Shown piece by piece: positions 23,950-35,465 of a stretch of 39,191 nt of DNA. This DNA is from Asterionella formosa (taxonomy: Eukaryota). The stretch is taken from positions 1 to 39,191 of the forward strand of contig NKIB01014977.1 in assembly GCA_002256025.1 (NCBI GenBank), in the 5' to 3' direction. Both the position numbers and the translations under genes were made by a program. The number at the start of each line of letters is the position of its first letter. The first letter of the stretch is position 1. The notes under the pieces were generated by a model that worked only from the letters and a program-made list of their open reading frames with translations, was not told where the DNA came from and ran no database searches.

Positions 23950-25070
23950 TCCCGCCCTGCAAGAACTTAGTACCTAAGATTCCTTTAAATTGATTATTCA
24001 ATACATTCTGACATTCTCTTGCTCAACTTTTTAATGCACATGCCACCAAATGTTGATTTAATATAATCTAAACGTGCCTTGTTGGTATGTTCAATGGTCT
24101 GATTCATCGGAAGTAGTGCATTAGAACCATTCCATATGAAATCGGCAACCTCTGGGTCACTTTCCAATTCTTTGCCTAACTCCGGTTTCACTGTGTGAAG
24201 CCGAGGTAGGCAACATTCGGCAAACCAACCCTGTTTGTGATTGGAAATGCCTTTCATACTACTTGGACCAGATAGGGCGGGATGTTTGATTCTCTTTTGG
24301 GACAAGAAAAAAGCACATTAGATTGATATTCTTTTTTACAGTACCTGCAATTCGCGAACTATAACCTCAAACTTACATGTTCACAGCAAAAATTCTTGGT
24401 CTTGAAAAAAAACTCACAACCTTTATTACAATTGAGGGATCGGTTCAATTTTAGCTATGCAGGAAAGACGTTCTGATAAGGCTGCTGAAATTGAAGATTC
24501 TTGATAACCTCGTATGGACGAGTTTTGAACCGAATTACGACGCACCTTTGTAGTGATTGAGTTCATTGACCAATTGATAATATCCTTTGGCAAGTGCAAA
24601 ATGTTTTTTCCTCAGTATGTCATGTACTTGTTGGTCCATGCGTTTAGAAAATTTATGATATGGTACCATGTCGTCCATCTTCATCTGGGAGTTATTGATG
24701 GTATCATCGACAGGAGCCATTTTTCTTGTATCAACAACTGAAAAAGAAACGTCATCATCGCTTTCAGTATCAATTACGGGATCCTTTGTACTAGTAGCTG
24801 ATGGCATCCCCATCGACGATGGGGTAGTACCCCCACTAACTCCCTGTTGCCGATTGGGTTCCTTTGGATAGTCGCCTATTCGCTTTTTCTTTGTTAACTC
24901 ATTTTGGTACTTGCTTCTTTGTTCCATACCGGCAGTTTTTGCTTGACACATGTCGCTTTTTTGTTCCAAGAACCTCTTTATGGTTTTTTGAAGACATTGC
25001 TTGTACTACTAGATTTCTGTTGTCGTTCTCTTCCTTAAAGTTCGATGATCTTAAAAAGAGGTGTTGCTAG
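23950..25070 (-). pseudogene. Second, convergent intron-containing degenerate gene carried by family A copy 2
   Basis: ORFs 24535-24969 and 23994-24305 on the minus strand, with a putative intron GTAAGT...CTAAT...AAG at ~24376-24294. Confidence 0.55.
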
Positions 25071-25214
25071 CTACAATGAAATAAATCATGAGCCACTACA
25101 TATAATATTTTACGCTGTCTAGATATGATTCCATAAGACCAAAAGTGCTATTTACATTATCATATACAAAATCAGAACCGAGTTTGAGTAAAAGCATATC
25201 TTGTTTTCAATTAT

Positions 25215-25442
25215 ATGATTATACAATCCTAAAAATATGATGATTTGATGTCCCGCTGCAGTACTAGCAGCAGTCATGAACATATGGTGCTCTGTTGCTC
25301 GCTTACTACTCCGACTATCCTTTTTCAATTTTATGATCATACGATCCTAAAACTATGATGATTTACTGTCACACTGCAGTAGCAACAGTCATGAACATAT
25401 GGTGTTTTGTTGCTTGCTTACTACCTGGTACTCTGACTACCT
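25215..25442. repeat. ~115 bp tandem duplication
   Basis: atcctaaaa.tatgatgattt...cagtcatgaacatatggtg...gcttactac occurs twice. Confidence 0.85.
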
Positions 25443-27150
25443 GGTACCCCCAGTATATCACTTCCTACCTGATACTGGTACTCTGTATATATATATATGA
25501 TAAAATGTTATTGTCGTATGATGTACCGATACACATGAAGAACTCCCGCCCAAAAAAGGGGCTTAAACAATTTGCTACCAAAATCCTCGCGTATAAATAA
25601 TGATACAAATGGGTTATGACTTAGTACACCAATTGAATAGTCTAAATAATTAGTTCCAACGGACGTAGAAATATTGATGCAAACAAATTTCAAAAAACAG
25701 TACCGGTACACGAAGTCGTGGACAACAATGGACATGTAGTGCATTGAATATTTTCGAATTATCTATATGCGAATATGATCATCTCAACAATACCAGATGT
25801 TCCATATTGAGAGTGCCTTTGACTTTTATAAATGTACGACACTTGATATATTTATATATTTACAAATTTTATAAATAGCTATATACATGGCAAATATATT
25901 TGAAATCGTTCTGTCATGTTAACAAACAATGCCTGCTTCATAAAAAGAAATATCGTAGTAAAGCACATGACAAGACAGGAACGTTTGCGCAAGAACGAAA
26001 AACATTGTGGCTTTGACACATTGCGCCTTCTAAGGATGAAGTATGTTTAAGGTAATGAAGCCATCATTGTGGTACTTGAATGAAAATCGTTGGGAGGCAG
26101 GACAACAACAAATTGTAAACTAAATGCACATTTCCTTTTTTCTCAGTTGATTCAACAGCTCGTTTCGCTTGTTGGGGAGCACCAATGTAAAACAAAACAA
26201 AGAAAAATTGGTAAGTGCTCTTGTCATTGGACTTATTCACTTCTGATGGAACATAACTGACGGACAAGCCACGTTTACCTTCTCTCAAAGTTAAGCTAAC
26301 GAAAATGAATTGGTAAGTTTTATTCGGCAACATTGGAAACCTGAAACTTACTTATTCAAGAATTTACTGACAATTTACTATTACAGACTTAAACATCACT
26401 TGCTTTGATTTGGCTGTAGTAAGTGAAGCGAGCAAGAGGATACAATGATATGGCGTGATGTTGTGTCAGTGCAACATGACTAGCTAACAAGTCATTCCTT
26501 CTCATTTTTACTGTAACTGCATAAGACAATAAAACCGATCAAACGGAATAGCCGGCGAATTCAGAATGACACCAACAACAGGGAGAGAGACGCAACATTA
26601 GTAAGGCATTGCTTGGCACAAGATTCAGAAAAGAGGAAGAAAAGGGCGAGACAGGAACAACATACATTGATCCGTGTAGAGCGAGAAACGTTGGGTCGCT
26701 GGCATGTAGATTAACAGATAGCATTTCTAAATTTGATAGTTAAATTACGATCCATTTCAATCTATTTTGAACAATGCTTGTGATTAGAATTATGAAGATG
26801 TTTACGATAGATTTACGATGAAACAATTTAAATGATAGCATAGAGTTGAGCTGATTTTAGGATGCGTTGTAGTAATAATTTACATCGAGCAATCACGAGA
26901 ATTGAAAATAATATGAGAAGGTTTATGATGATGATGAGTAATGTTGTTGAGCAGTTGATATAAATTGTGTGATGATAATGTTCGTATTATCATTATACTT
27001 CAAGGTCGGTAAAATAATAATAAACCATCATAGTTATAGGATACCTTGATCATAATTTTGATCCAAAAATTATCATATATACGAAATCCTGTGCCACTTA
27101 GCGTACGATACCCTTGATCCTATATGCATGATACTTTTTATTTGCAGACG

Positions 27151-28255
27151 TTCGTTAATAACACCATGTTCTGTATGGATATGACTGTTCCTATTAATTC
27201 TCTCACATTCTTTGATGATTGAGAACGTTTACGTGATTTATTATCATATTTGATTCACCTATGATTGTGGAATCTTCATATGCGCTGGAAATTAATGCTG
27301 CTGAATATAATTACTATGTGAATATTGAAACAGTGGTGAATAAACAGATTTATGTAAGAACTATGCAACGGTCATGTTTGCGAACTATATTGGATAAATA
27401 TCAAACATTATTTAATGGAAAATTAGAAGTTTATCCTCATAAACAGGTTCATTTGGAATTATTATCAAATGCCATTCCTCGTCATCAACGAGCAAATCCT
27501 GTCGCTCATATTCATTTAGAAGTTTTCAAAAGCGAATTACAACGGTTGTGTGATATTGGAGTCCTACAAAAATGTGGTGCTTCTAAATGGGCGTCTCCCA
27601 CTTTTATTGTTCCAAAAAAAGATGGAAGTGTCCGATGGGGTATCAGATTTTCGTGAACTCAATAAAGTCATCAATCGCAATTTAAATCCTTTGCCTCGAA
27701 TACAAACTATTCTCACTAAACGTTCTGGATATGTATTCTTCACCAAATTGGATGTTTCTATGCAATAATATTCTTTCGCATTAGATGTGGAGAATCAAAA
27801 TTTGTGCGTTATTTCCACTCCATTTGGTTTACATAAATTTTTACGTCTCCCTATGGGGTGAAACAATCATCTGATATAGCACAAGAAACTTTGGAACAGA
27901 TTCTTAGGGCTTTAGATCATGTGAAAATTTATTTTGATGACATGGGTTTTTTTCAATGAATTTTTCGGATCACATTCATCTATTGGAAACTATTTTACAT
28001 TGTTTACAGACAAAATGGTTTTATAATTAATCCATCTAAGTGTGAATGGGCAGTCCAAGAGACAGATTGTTTGGGCTATTGGTTAACTCCTAATGGACTA
28101 AAACCTTGGTCTAAAAGTTCCAAGCATTGATTAATATGTCTTCACCTACCAATCTTAAACAAGTCAGATCATTTCTTGGTGCTGTTACGTACTATCGAGA
28201 CATGTTTCCTAGACAATCTCATGTTCTTGGACCACTTACAAATTTAATTGGAACT
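27151..28255 (+). mobile_element. Degenerate Ty3/gypsy retrotransposon, part 2 (end of protease, RT)
   Basis: FVNNTMFCMDMTVP continues LTID from 20334. RT motifs: WASPTFIVPKKDG, SDFRELNK, PLPRIQ, FTKLD, TPFG..FLRLPMG, YFDD. Truncated before RNase H. Confidence 0.95.
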
Positions 28256-28260
28256 AGTTG

Positions 28261-29339
28261 AAAGGCTGCACCCAACTTGTCCTTCACCCAAATCTTTAAC
28301 AATATTTTCGGAAAGAGATGAGCTTCAAGGCATAGCTTGCTTAAGGGATTAAAAAACAATGGGATGATGAGAAAGGAGATGATTCGTTTAGTTATGGATT
28401 TTACTGCATGTTGTATATGGAAGCAAGTTGAGAATCACTTGGACTTTCTGATCTGCGCTGGCAAGTTTCATAATTTGAAGCGTGGAGGTCGAACATTTTC
28501 TGCACAGAAGACAACTACAAAGCATTTCCAAATATCAATTGAGCAACAGCTCTGCTGGCATGGAAACATAGAATGAGTAGTTCAGTGGCTGCTCTGAAAG
28601 CCCATTTTATGCGCAATGTCGATGAGACTGGAGTAATGGCAAACCTTGGGATAAAAGTGATGAGAGCCTTGTCAAAGAGAATACAAGAAAAGAATACTGA
28701 TGATTTTTGGGACTAAATTTCAATTGTTAGAATCGGCAATGCAGCAGGTTCCAGTCGTGGTACTTGGATCATTCTTGCATCTGGCAAGGGAATGACAGTT
28801 AAACCTCTTCAAAATAATGAGGATACGATTGCTATGTGGACAAACACGCAGCTCCAGGACATGTTGAGGTATTTCACTGACCCTCGACCAGTGAATGTCA
28901 TGAAATTGGACAAAGAGAGATTGAGAAATGCTGTTAGAGCATCAGTTCGTGTCTGTTGAAAGGAGAGGGCTACTGTCAACCCCGTAGCATCAGTTTAAAA
29001 ACTAAACTAGAGTCGAGAGGAGTTGAAGCACACTAGACTACATAATTGCATGTGATTCTACCGTGTTAAATATTAAGCTAGTACATCTACCGTGCCTTTA
29101 TTTGTTTCTATTTCTCCCGTAGCACGCCCGTAGGGCGTGGTACATAGCGAATTGGTAAGGATTCTGGGATTCTCGAAAATGGAAGTTTTTGCGGAAACGA
29201 CCACAACTTTAATAATATGCAATTTTTTAAAAAAATGGAAAAACGTATTAGATAGTACGAAGGGTCAGCTATCGATTCCTTACATTAAATTGCGGTTTTA
29301 AAGAAAATGGGGGGTGCACGACTTTGTGCCCCAAGAGTG
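28261..29339 (+). mobile_element. Degenerate pogo/DDE_1-like (Tc1/mariner superfamily) transposon, right portion
   Basis: KRGGRTFSAQKTTTK...QQLCWH, HFMRNVDETG, EKNTDD..ISIVRIGNAAGS resemble the pogo-type first Asp and following block. A possible right TIR ...GTGCCCCAAGAGTG ends at 29339, followed by TG rather than TA. Confidence 0.7.
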
Positions 29340-29451
29340 TGTCGAACAGGTCAGGTCAACTCCACTCCAGGTAGGAGACAACCGATACCGCTATGTACCG
29401 GTACACTTTTAGCAGCATCACAAGCAACCTTCACCATACCGGTAGCATTTT

Positions 29452-31635
29452 CCGGGTTGTGTCGGCCTGTCTTCCTATAGGTAAAACTTCTTTTTTGAGT
29501 TTCACCAACATTTTTGTTGAGCCAGTCAGCCAACAAACTGCTTAAGGCAATACACGCCCGAGGTGGTCTCTTGCCTGCGAGTACACATGTGTACGAAAAG
29601 GCAAGTACCGGTAGCCGCCGAGAAGGGTATAGTTGAGGCAACTCCCGCTCTAGCTATCATCGCGTCATTCGCCTACCTACTGCCCACAAATTTAGCATAA
29701 ATGTCAATTTTAGCCTACTATTGCCCATCATATAAAATATATTTTGCATGTTTCCTATCTTCACCTCGAAAATTGCCAAAGGTCCAATAATACCCATCAT
29801 TAAAGTATATTTTTTATATTTCATATGTTCGCATTTTGGCAAGACAACAGACGCCAATTGCCCCTTGGTTTTCCAACCCTGGGATTGCCGAAATCGGCAA
29901 GGGGTCTACTTAAGGAAACCAATTTATATACTATTCAGATTTGAATAATTTATATCTAGAATTCACCTCTTTTTTGTTCGTCTCCTGAAAAGTGGACTCA
30001 AGCAATTCACCTTTCACCATGCCAGCCAATTGTCGTCCGTCAAGACCGGTTTGAAGCGAAATCAGTTCCGCGATGACGCCAATAGCGATTCTTTGCCTAA
30101 CGGATGCGGTTGATTGTTGGATTGCTTGTCTTCTCGAGGTATTCATGTAGTCGCATCGTCCATATTTCGTCGGACAAATGATGATATCGATACATCTGAT
30201 GTTGGTGGCAAGTTTTTGCTCCGGTCATGTATGTAATGATGCTTAACGGATATTCTACGGGTACCGGCCGGCAGTCATCTAGTCTACATACTTTCGTGGT
30301 ACTAAAAACAACCATGCATGGTTTAAGCTATGCTTTAACGCTTACTTTGAACACGTAATAATATAATTTCTGTAGACTCGGTATTATTTTTACGAGACCT
30401 GAAATGTTGAATTATATCGTTCACATGTTCATTGATTTTCGTACCGTATGCCCGATTTCGTCCTCACAAATATAGTTCTCACTCTATCTTGCCTGCCTTT
30501 GCTCTATTCGGGCTTGCAATAGGCAACGTTCATCTTTCTTTGATCCCATCGTCTGCTGCATGTTATGCTAGTTGAAGCGGATCGGTGAGTACAACAGTGA
30601 AATACTGAATGTGGATTGTAGATCGTAATTATTGGGCCAACTTTCCGATTTGATTGCTTGCGTGGTTTGTTTTGATCGCTTCAATCGTTGTTTGTCGTTA
30701 CGCACTGTTGTTTTCTTTCGATTGTACATATCTACATAAGAACCAAAGCATTTATCAATGACTAATCATTGAGATGTGGTATTGTGCCGTTGTTGATCAT
30801 ATTTGTTGATTTGTATAGTCGTTGACAATGATGTCAATATAGCCGCCAAGCAATGCTTTTCTTGTACTAACGCGCTTTGCTACATTTCTACTACGAGTTC
30901 GTATCAGAAGCTACATGAATACTCAGCTAGAAAGAGAATCAATAGTGCTGGAGCAGCGTGGCGATCACGCTTGCTCAGAATGGAATGATCAGGGTTGCTT
31001 GTTTGGTGGGCAGCGGAGAGGAATGACTGTGGCGGAAATACTGCTACTGGTGTCAGGCTACTACAGCGATGCGCATGGTTGCAGAAACCAGACCATTTAC
31101 GCTTCATAACGATGCAGGTCTACATTGGGTTGAGCTTTTTTCTTCTTCTTTCGGTCTTCGATTGTGTGGTGATGGAAAGTCAATGTTGCCTGGTGTGTAA
31201 GTACTACAATGATTCACAATGCATACATCTCCATTGGAACTCTTATTTTTTATTTCATTTCTAACCCAAAACAATTTTTTCTATTTCTCATTTGATGCTA
31301 CTTAATACATCGCATTTCATACTTTGGTTGCTCCAAACATCATGTTCTATTTTCATTGATGTTGCATGTTCCAATCATTCTTGTGTGTTTTCCGCTTGTT
31401 GTACCATCTCTATGCATATTACCGTTATTCTGGTTGTCATGCTAAAATCGGCAATTTTATTGCCGAAAAATTCGATGTGCCCCATATTGCCCTTAAATAA
31501 AAATTACTTCAGAAATTACTTAGAGCCTAAAAATTACTTAGAAGTACCTGAATGGCAAGACAATAGCTGGAGCGGGAATTGCTATAGTACTTTATGCTGT
31601 TGCTCCTTGCCAGTTGCAGAAAAATTGGTTTTTGC
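29452..31635 (+). mobile_element. ~140 bp MITE-like repeat (family C) split by the family B copy 2 insertion
   Basis: 29452-29538 plus 31583-31635 align contiguously with 33789-33925. Confidence 0.7.
29539..31582. mobile_element. Family B hairpin-ended element, copy 2 (full length, 2044 bp, non-coding)
   Basis: TGCTTAAGGCAATACACG...GCGGGAATTGC, collinear over its whole length with 35466-37546. The subterminal IR at 29638 pairs with the right end. Confidence 0.93.
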
Positions 31636-32338
31636 AATATTATTATTTTAATACAATGGCTGAGAATTTCCAATAACAGTAAAACCTGAGGGAAGCAGAT
31701 CCCTAAAGGATTCAATACACAGCCACTGGACATCAATCCAAAGGTCTTCCCAATTCCTACTAGTAGCATGCCACAGGGCCACATTGGATTGCTTGCCATC
31801 ATATACTGATGGTGAATTGCAGTCTAGCAAAATCAATTGCTCTTTGATGCTTCTAAATGATGGCTTTCATTTGTCATTGATCTCACGGCAAGATATAGCA
31901 CACAAGGATGATGATCACAAGATAAGCAAACTCAGGTTTGGAAACTTGCTTCTTTCACTTTCTCCAGGAAACAGGTAGGCCAGCCAATCAAAATTCGTAT
32001 ATTGGGCTTGTGTGACTTGTGACTATGGTCATCTTTGTTGGCTCTGATTGCAAACTCTCCAGATGTGCACTCATATTGGCTATGAAAGCCTCCTGTATCT
32101 AAAAATGCTTCGAATTCACGGATTTTCAACAAATAATTGATAAAAACAGGTGCCCTATCTCACATCATAACTTGTTATATCAGAAACTTTTTAATTTTTA
32201 TCTGCCCAAAGGAAATGAACATGAGGACACGAAACATTTACAACCAGTACACATCAATTGAAATTTTTTGTTTAATTCACTTCCACAACATTTTACTACA
32301 ATCTCAAAAGGTTCAGTTGACAATCATACTTTAAATTT

Positions 32339-33064
32339 TCATGAAAGGGCATATAGCTCATGGGTTTGAGGATCGAGGAGACCACTCTTGTCCTCTGTCT
32401 TTTGATGCAACAAAATCATGGCAAAGAAAGCAACCACTACCACAGTGCCCAAGAGAATACCATAATTATTTCCAAAAGTTCCCGCTTGTCGAGAATATGC
32501 AAAATTAATAGATCCTTCTGCACCACCAGCACCCTCCATGTAGTTATCGCCATTCTCAGTACACACGATGTTGATGCCTCCGAGATCGAAGTCACCGTCA
32601 GCCTCAGTTGAGAAACCAATCTCAACCAGGGGAATAAAGGTGGTTGTGCTGCCTCCTGCAACATAGGGAAATGTAGTGTACTTGGTGAACGAGTAGGTTC
32701 CTGCGCTTCTGCATGACCTTCCGACCCAAGCCTTGCACAGATCGACTGAATCTGACTTGTATAATCGCTCGCTGTCGGTGTATATCCCCATGGTGGCATA
32801 AATCGTCATATCGTCGTCCACGTCTGCGAAAACTTCAAGAGTCATCGAGATAGCAACCCTGTCTCCATACTCACAAGTTGCGCTGTTTCTGCGTACCCCA
32901 TTTCCATAGTAATACGTGTAAGGACTATTGCACAACAGTGAAAGGCTGGTAATGGCAAGCACACTGTTATTGCAGAAGACATCAACAGCATCGCCACTAC
33001 TATCTGCTGATTGTGCGCGAAGAATTGAAACGACGCTGCAAACTAAGAGCAGATACCACTTCAT
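32339..33064 (-). CDS. Signal peptide + Cys-containing ectodomain + single TM protein (paralog 2)
   Basis: 241 aa: MKWYLLLVCSVVSILRA signal; CNSPYTYYYGNGVRRNSATCEYGDR; FDLGGIN; TM YGILLGTVVVVAFFAMILL. Confidence 0.9.
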   Translation of the reverse strand: MKWYLLLVCSVVSILRAQSADSSGDAVDVFCNNSVLAITSLSLLCNSPYTYYYGNGVRRNSATCEYGDRVAISMTLEVFADVDDDMTIYATMGIYTDSERLYKSDSVDLCKAWVGRSCRSAGTYSFTKYTTFPYVAGGSTTTFIPLVEIGFSTEADGDFDLGGINIVCTENGDNYMEGAGGAEGSINFAYSRQAGTFGNNYGILLGTVVVVAFFAMILLHQKTEDKSGLLDPQTHELYALS

Positions 33065-33569
33065 GATTGTGTATAGAAGTGAATAGTTAAAGAAGATTGC
33101 TGCAAGAGTACTTTGGAAAAGGGAGACTTATTCTCTGGCACCTTGACGAGTCAGTTACTGTTGAGAGGTCTGATCAAATGATAAACGATGATTGGTTTTG
33201 TCAACGAGAACAAGCGATAAGAAATGTTGAATTAATCCTGGCAGATACCAGTATATCCACCCAATGAGATGCCGGTTTGATTGATTTATTCATGACGATG
33301 ATGAGAATAATGCATACCTTCTATATATTTATTACCGTTTGCTACACGATGAAATCAACGATTATATCATGTATTTGATGAAAAGAAGAACGAGTACGAG
33401 CTACCAAGTATATTCTACAGAAATTAGGCGAGGACGCCGAGTAAACAATGGATGAGCATTGGAATTTATTCTATACGTATCTGAAAGGCTATATAAGATG
33501 CAAATAACGGATATTTACGCCTTACAAATTCTCTCAAATATTCAAGACTGAGTTCCTGGGGGTCTACCT

Positions 33570-33760
33570 GTAACCAGAACCGGAGGGTACTGGTACCTGC
33601 TACCCTGGTAGCTGTACCACGTAATAAAATAAAAACTGCTTTGAAGCTCTGTTTCACTAAAAAGTTCGATCGATTACCGGTACCAGGGGTACCTGGTACC
33701 GGTAGTTCAACTACCGGTAAAGACAGAAATATTAATTTCACGTCTGCTTACCAGGTACCT
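33570..33760. repeat. GGTACC/ACCGGT palindrome-rich array upstream of paralog 2
   Basis: ggtactggtacctg, ttaccggtaccaggggtacctggtaccggtag, taccaggtacc. Confidence 0.8.
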
Positions 33761-33788
33761 TCATCGCAGTCAAATGTTTGCAGTTTCC

Positions 33789-33930
33789 GGGGTGCTTTCG
33801 CTTTTTCCTATAGTAGGTAAAACTTCTTTTTCGAGTTTCACTGACATTTTTGTTGAGCAGTCAACAAACTCCTTCAGTACTTTATGTTGCTCCTCGCCTA
33901 TTTCGGAAAAAGTTGGTTTTGCAACACCCC
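33789..33930 (+). mobile_element. Family C MITE-like repeat, uninterrupted copy (empty site for family B)
   Basis: GGGGTG...CACCCC ends with a further imperfect IR (ctttttcc...tagg / ccta...ggaaaaag). Confidence 0.6.
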
Positions 33931-35465
33931 ACGACAGTGGTAAAGCTTGACAACTTTGCTAGCACCATGATGGTACGTTTTGAGACTAACACAGACCATA
34001 AAAATAGGTTTGTTGTAAATAAGCCAGCAAATATGGTTGCTGCATTTGAACCCCTAGCTCGAGGTAGGGTTATAAAAATAATATTGAGTCAGACTAATCA
34101 AACACGTCCTTTTCACGTATAAATCAAATATGTATAACGCTCAATGGAGCTTTCACCAATAGAGACCCTTTCCATAGGCTTACATACAGTCATCGGAAAA
34201 AGTAGGGGGGTAGGTCCACTCTATATATAGTCAGTATATAGGATCTGGTCAGAAACTGCTGAAATGAACTTATGCTAAAAAGACTCGAAAATTCGGGGGA
34301 AATCTGTTTATTTGGTATAGTAAAAAAAAGAAGTTCCTTTCTGCAGTTTCTCGCCAGAAATTATATGGTCTGCTGATGCTATTTGAAAGTTACCTAGCTA
34401 TGTATCGAAATCGCCTTCAGACCCAGCCAACGTTGAGCTATCGTCGTCCAAAAATTCGACAAAATCGACCTTTTCTAGGGTCGCCAAAATATTGGAATCA
34501 GAATTACTGTGAACTGAAACGTCATCATCGGAATAGTAGTAGTCGTGTGCCGGAATTTCTCCTATCCAAAAAATCCATTGTAAGTTCCCACTTCCAAATC
34601 TATAATATGATTGGTGAACATGAATTACATTCCTCCGCTTGATTGGCCCAGTTTGCAAGGTCTTGCAAGCCCACACCAGCCACATTGGATAAACCTGTAA
34701 CATTTTCTTGGGTGTGATGACGCACAGTCCGGTACTATATTCATTACGGGTACCAGTAGATGATCATTATTGAACATTCACGTACCACTCCTTGAGTGCA
34801 CTTTCATACATTAGCCGAGCCACCGGGTCGTATGCATGACACATAGTCGTCGATCGGAGTATAGATTGTAGTACCCGCATATACACATGAGAATATTTAG
34901 AATCCAATTATATATATATTCCGTGATTTGAATATGTTGAATGGATTCATTGTTATCACATAAAATCGTCAAACGGAGTACCGGTATAGAGAGTCCATGC
35001 ATATGTGTTGATCGCATTTTAGGGTATATATACATACAGCGATAAAGAATGTTTTTATACATATTAAGCGATTTCGACAAGGAATCTAAGTACGTATTCG
35101 CAGATTTCCACTGATTTAAATATTTCAAATGGAATCACGTCATTCCAAAATTGTTAATAAAATTCTTAATGCCAGGTAATTTTGGCAACCCTAAGCAATA
35201 TTTTATTTTTTGCCTAGGGTTTCAAATGCAGCAACCTTAAATGCATAATTTTTAATAGCTTTGTTCACGTAAAAAGTCATTACAGTCAGTACCAAAGTCT
35301 ACGAGAAATTCACGTAGCCTTTACCTGAGCAGTACCTCGTCCCCACCATGGCGGAAGTTCCTCTCCCCAACGACACCATAGCGGATATCACTCTCAACAC
35401 TCTTGTTCATGTATCGAAACTGGCTGCACAACAACGAAAGCGATTGCCCAAACGAGCTGGAATCA

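Larger units (their letters stand above)
21066..27150. mobile_element. TIR DNA transposon (family A, copy 2), 6085 bp, opposite orientation to copy 1
   Basis: CGTCTGCAAATAAAAA at 21066 and TTTTTATTTGCAGACG ending at 27150. Its right subterminal sequence matches the left end of copy 1 and vice versa. 25845-25915 matches 10485-10555 in reverse complement. Confidence 0.92.

Noticed and set aside
29123..29140. Hairpin CACGCCCGTAGGGCGTG
   Set aside because: A single short palindrome within the pogo-like relic. Its 7-bp match to family B (CACGCCCG) is too short to interpret.
29657..31651. Short ORFs inside family B with similar translations in copies 1 and 3
   Set aside because: The similarity follows from DNA repetition. 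Frames are not conserved between copies, and no HUH, DDE or tyrosine-recombinase motif is recognisable.
35170..35225. TTTGGCAACCC-TAA, resembling a PIF/Harbinger right end
   Set aside because: No matching left end was found in the window.
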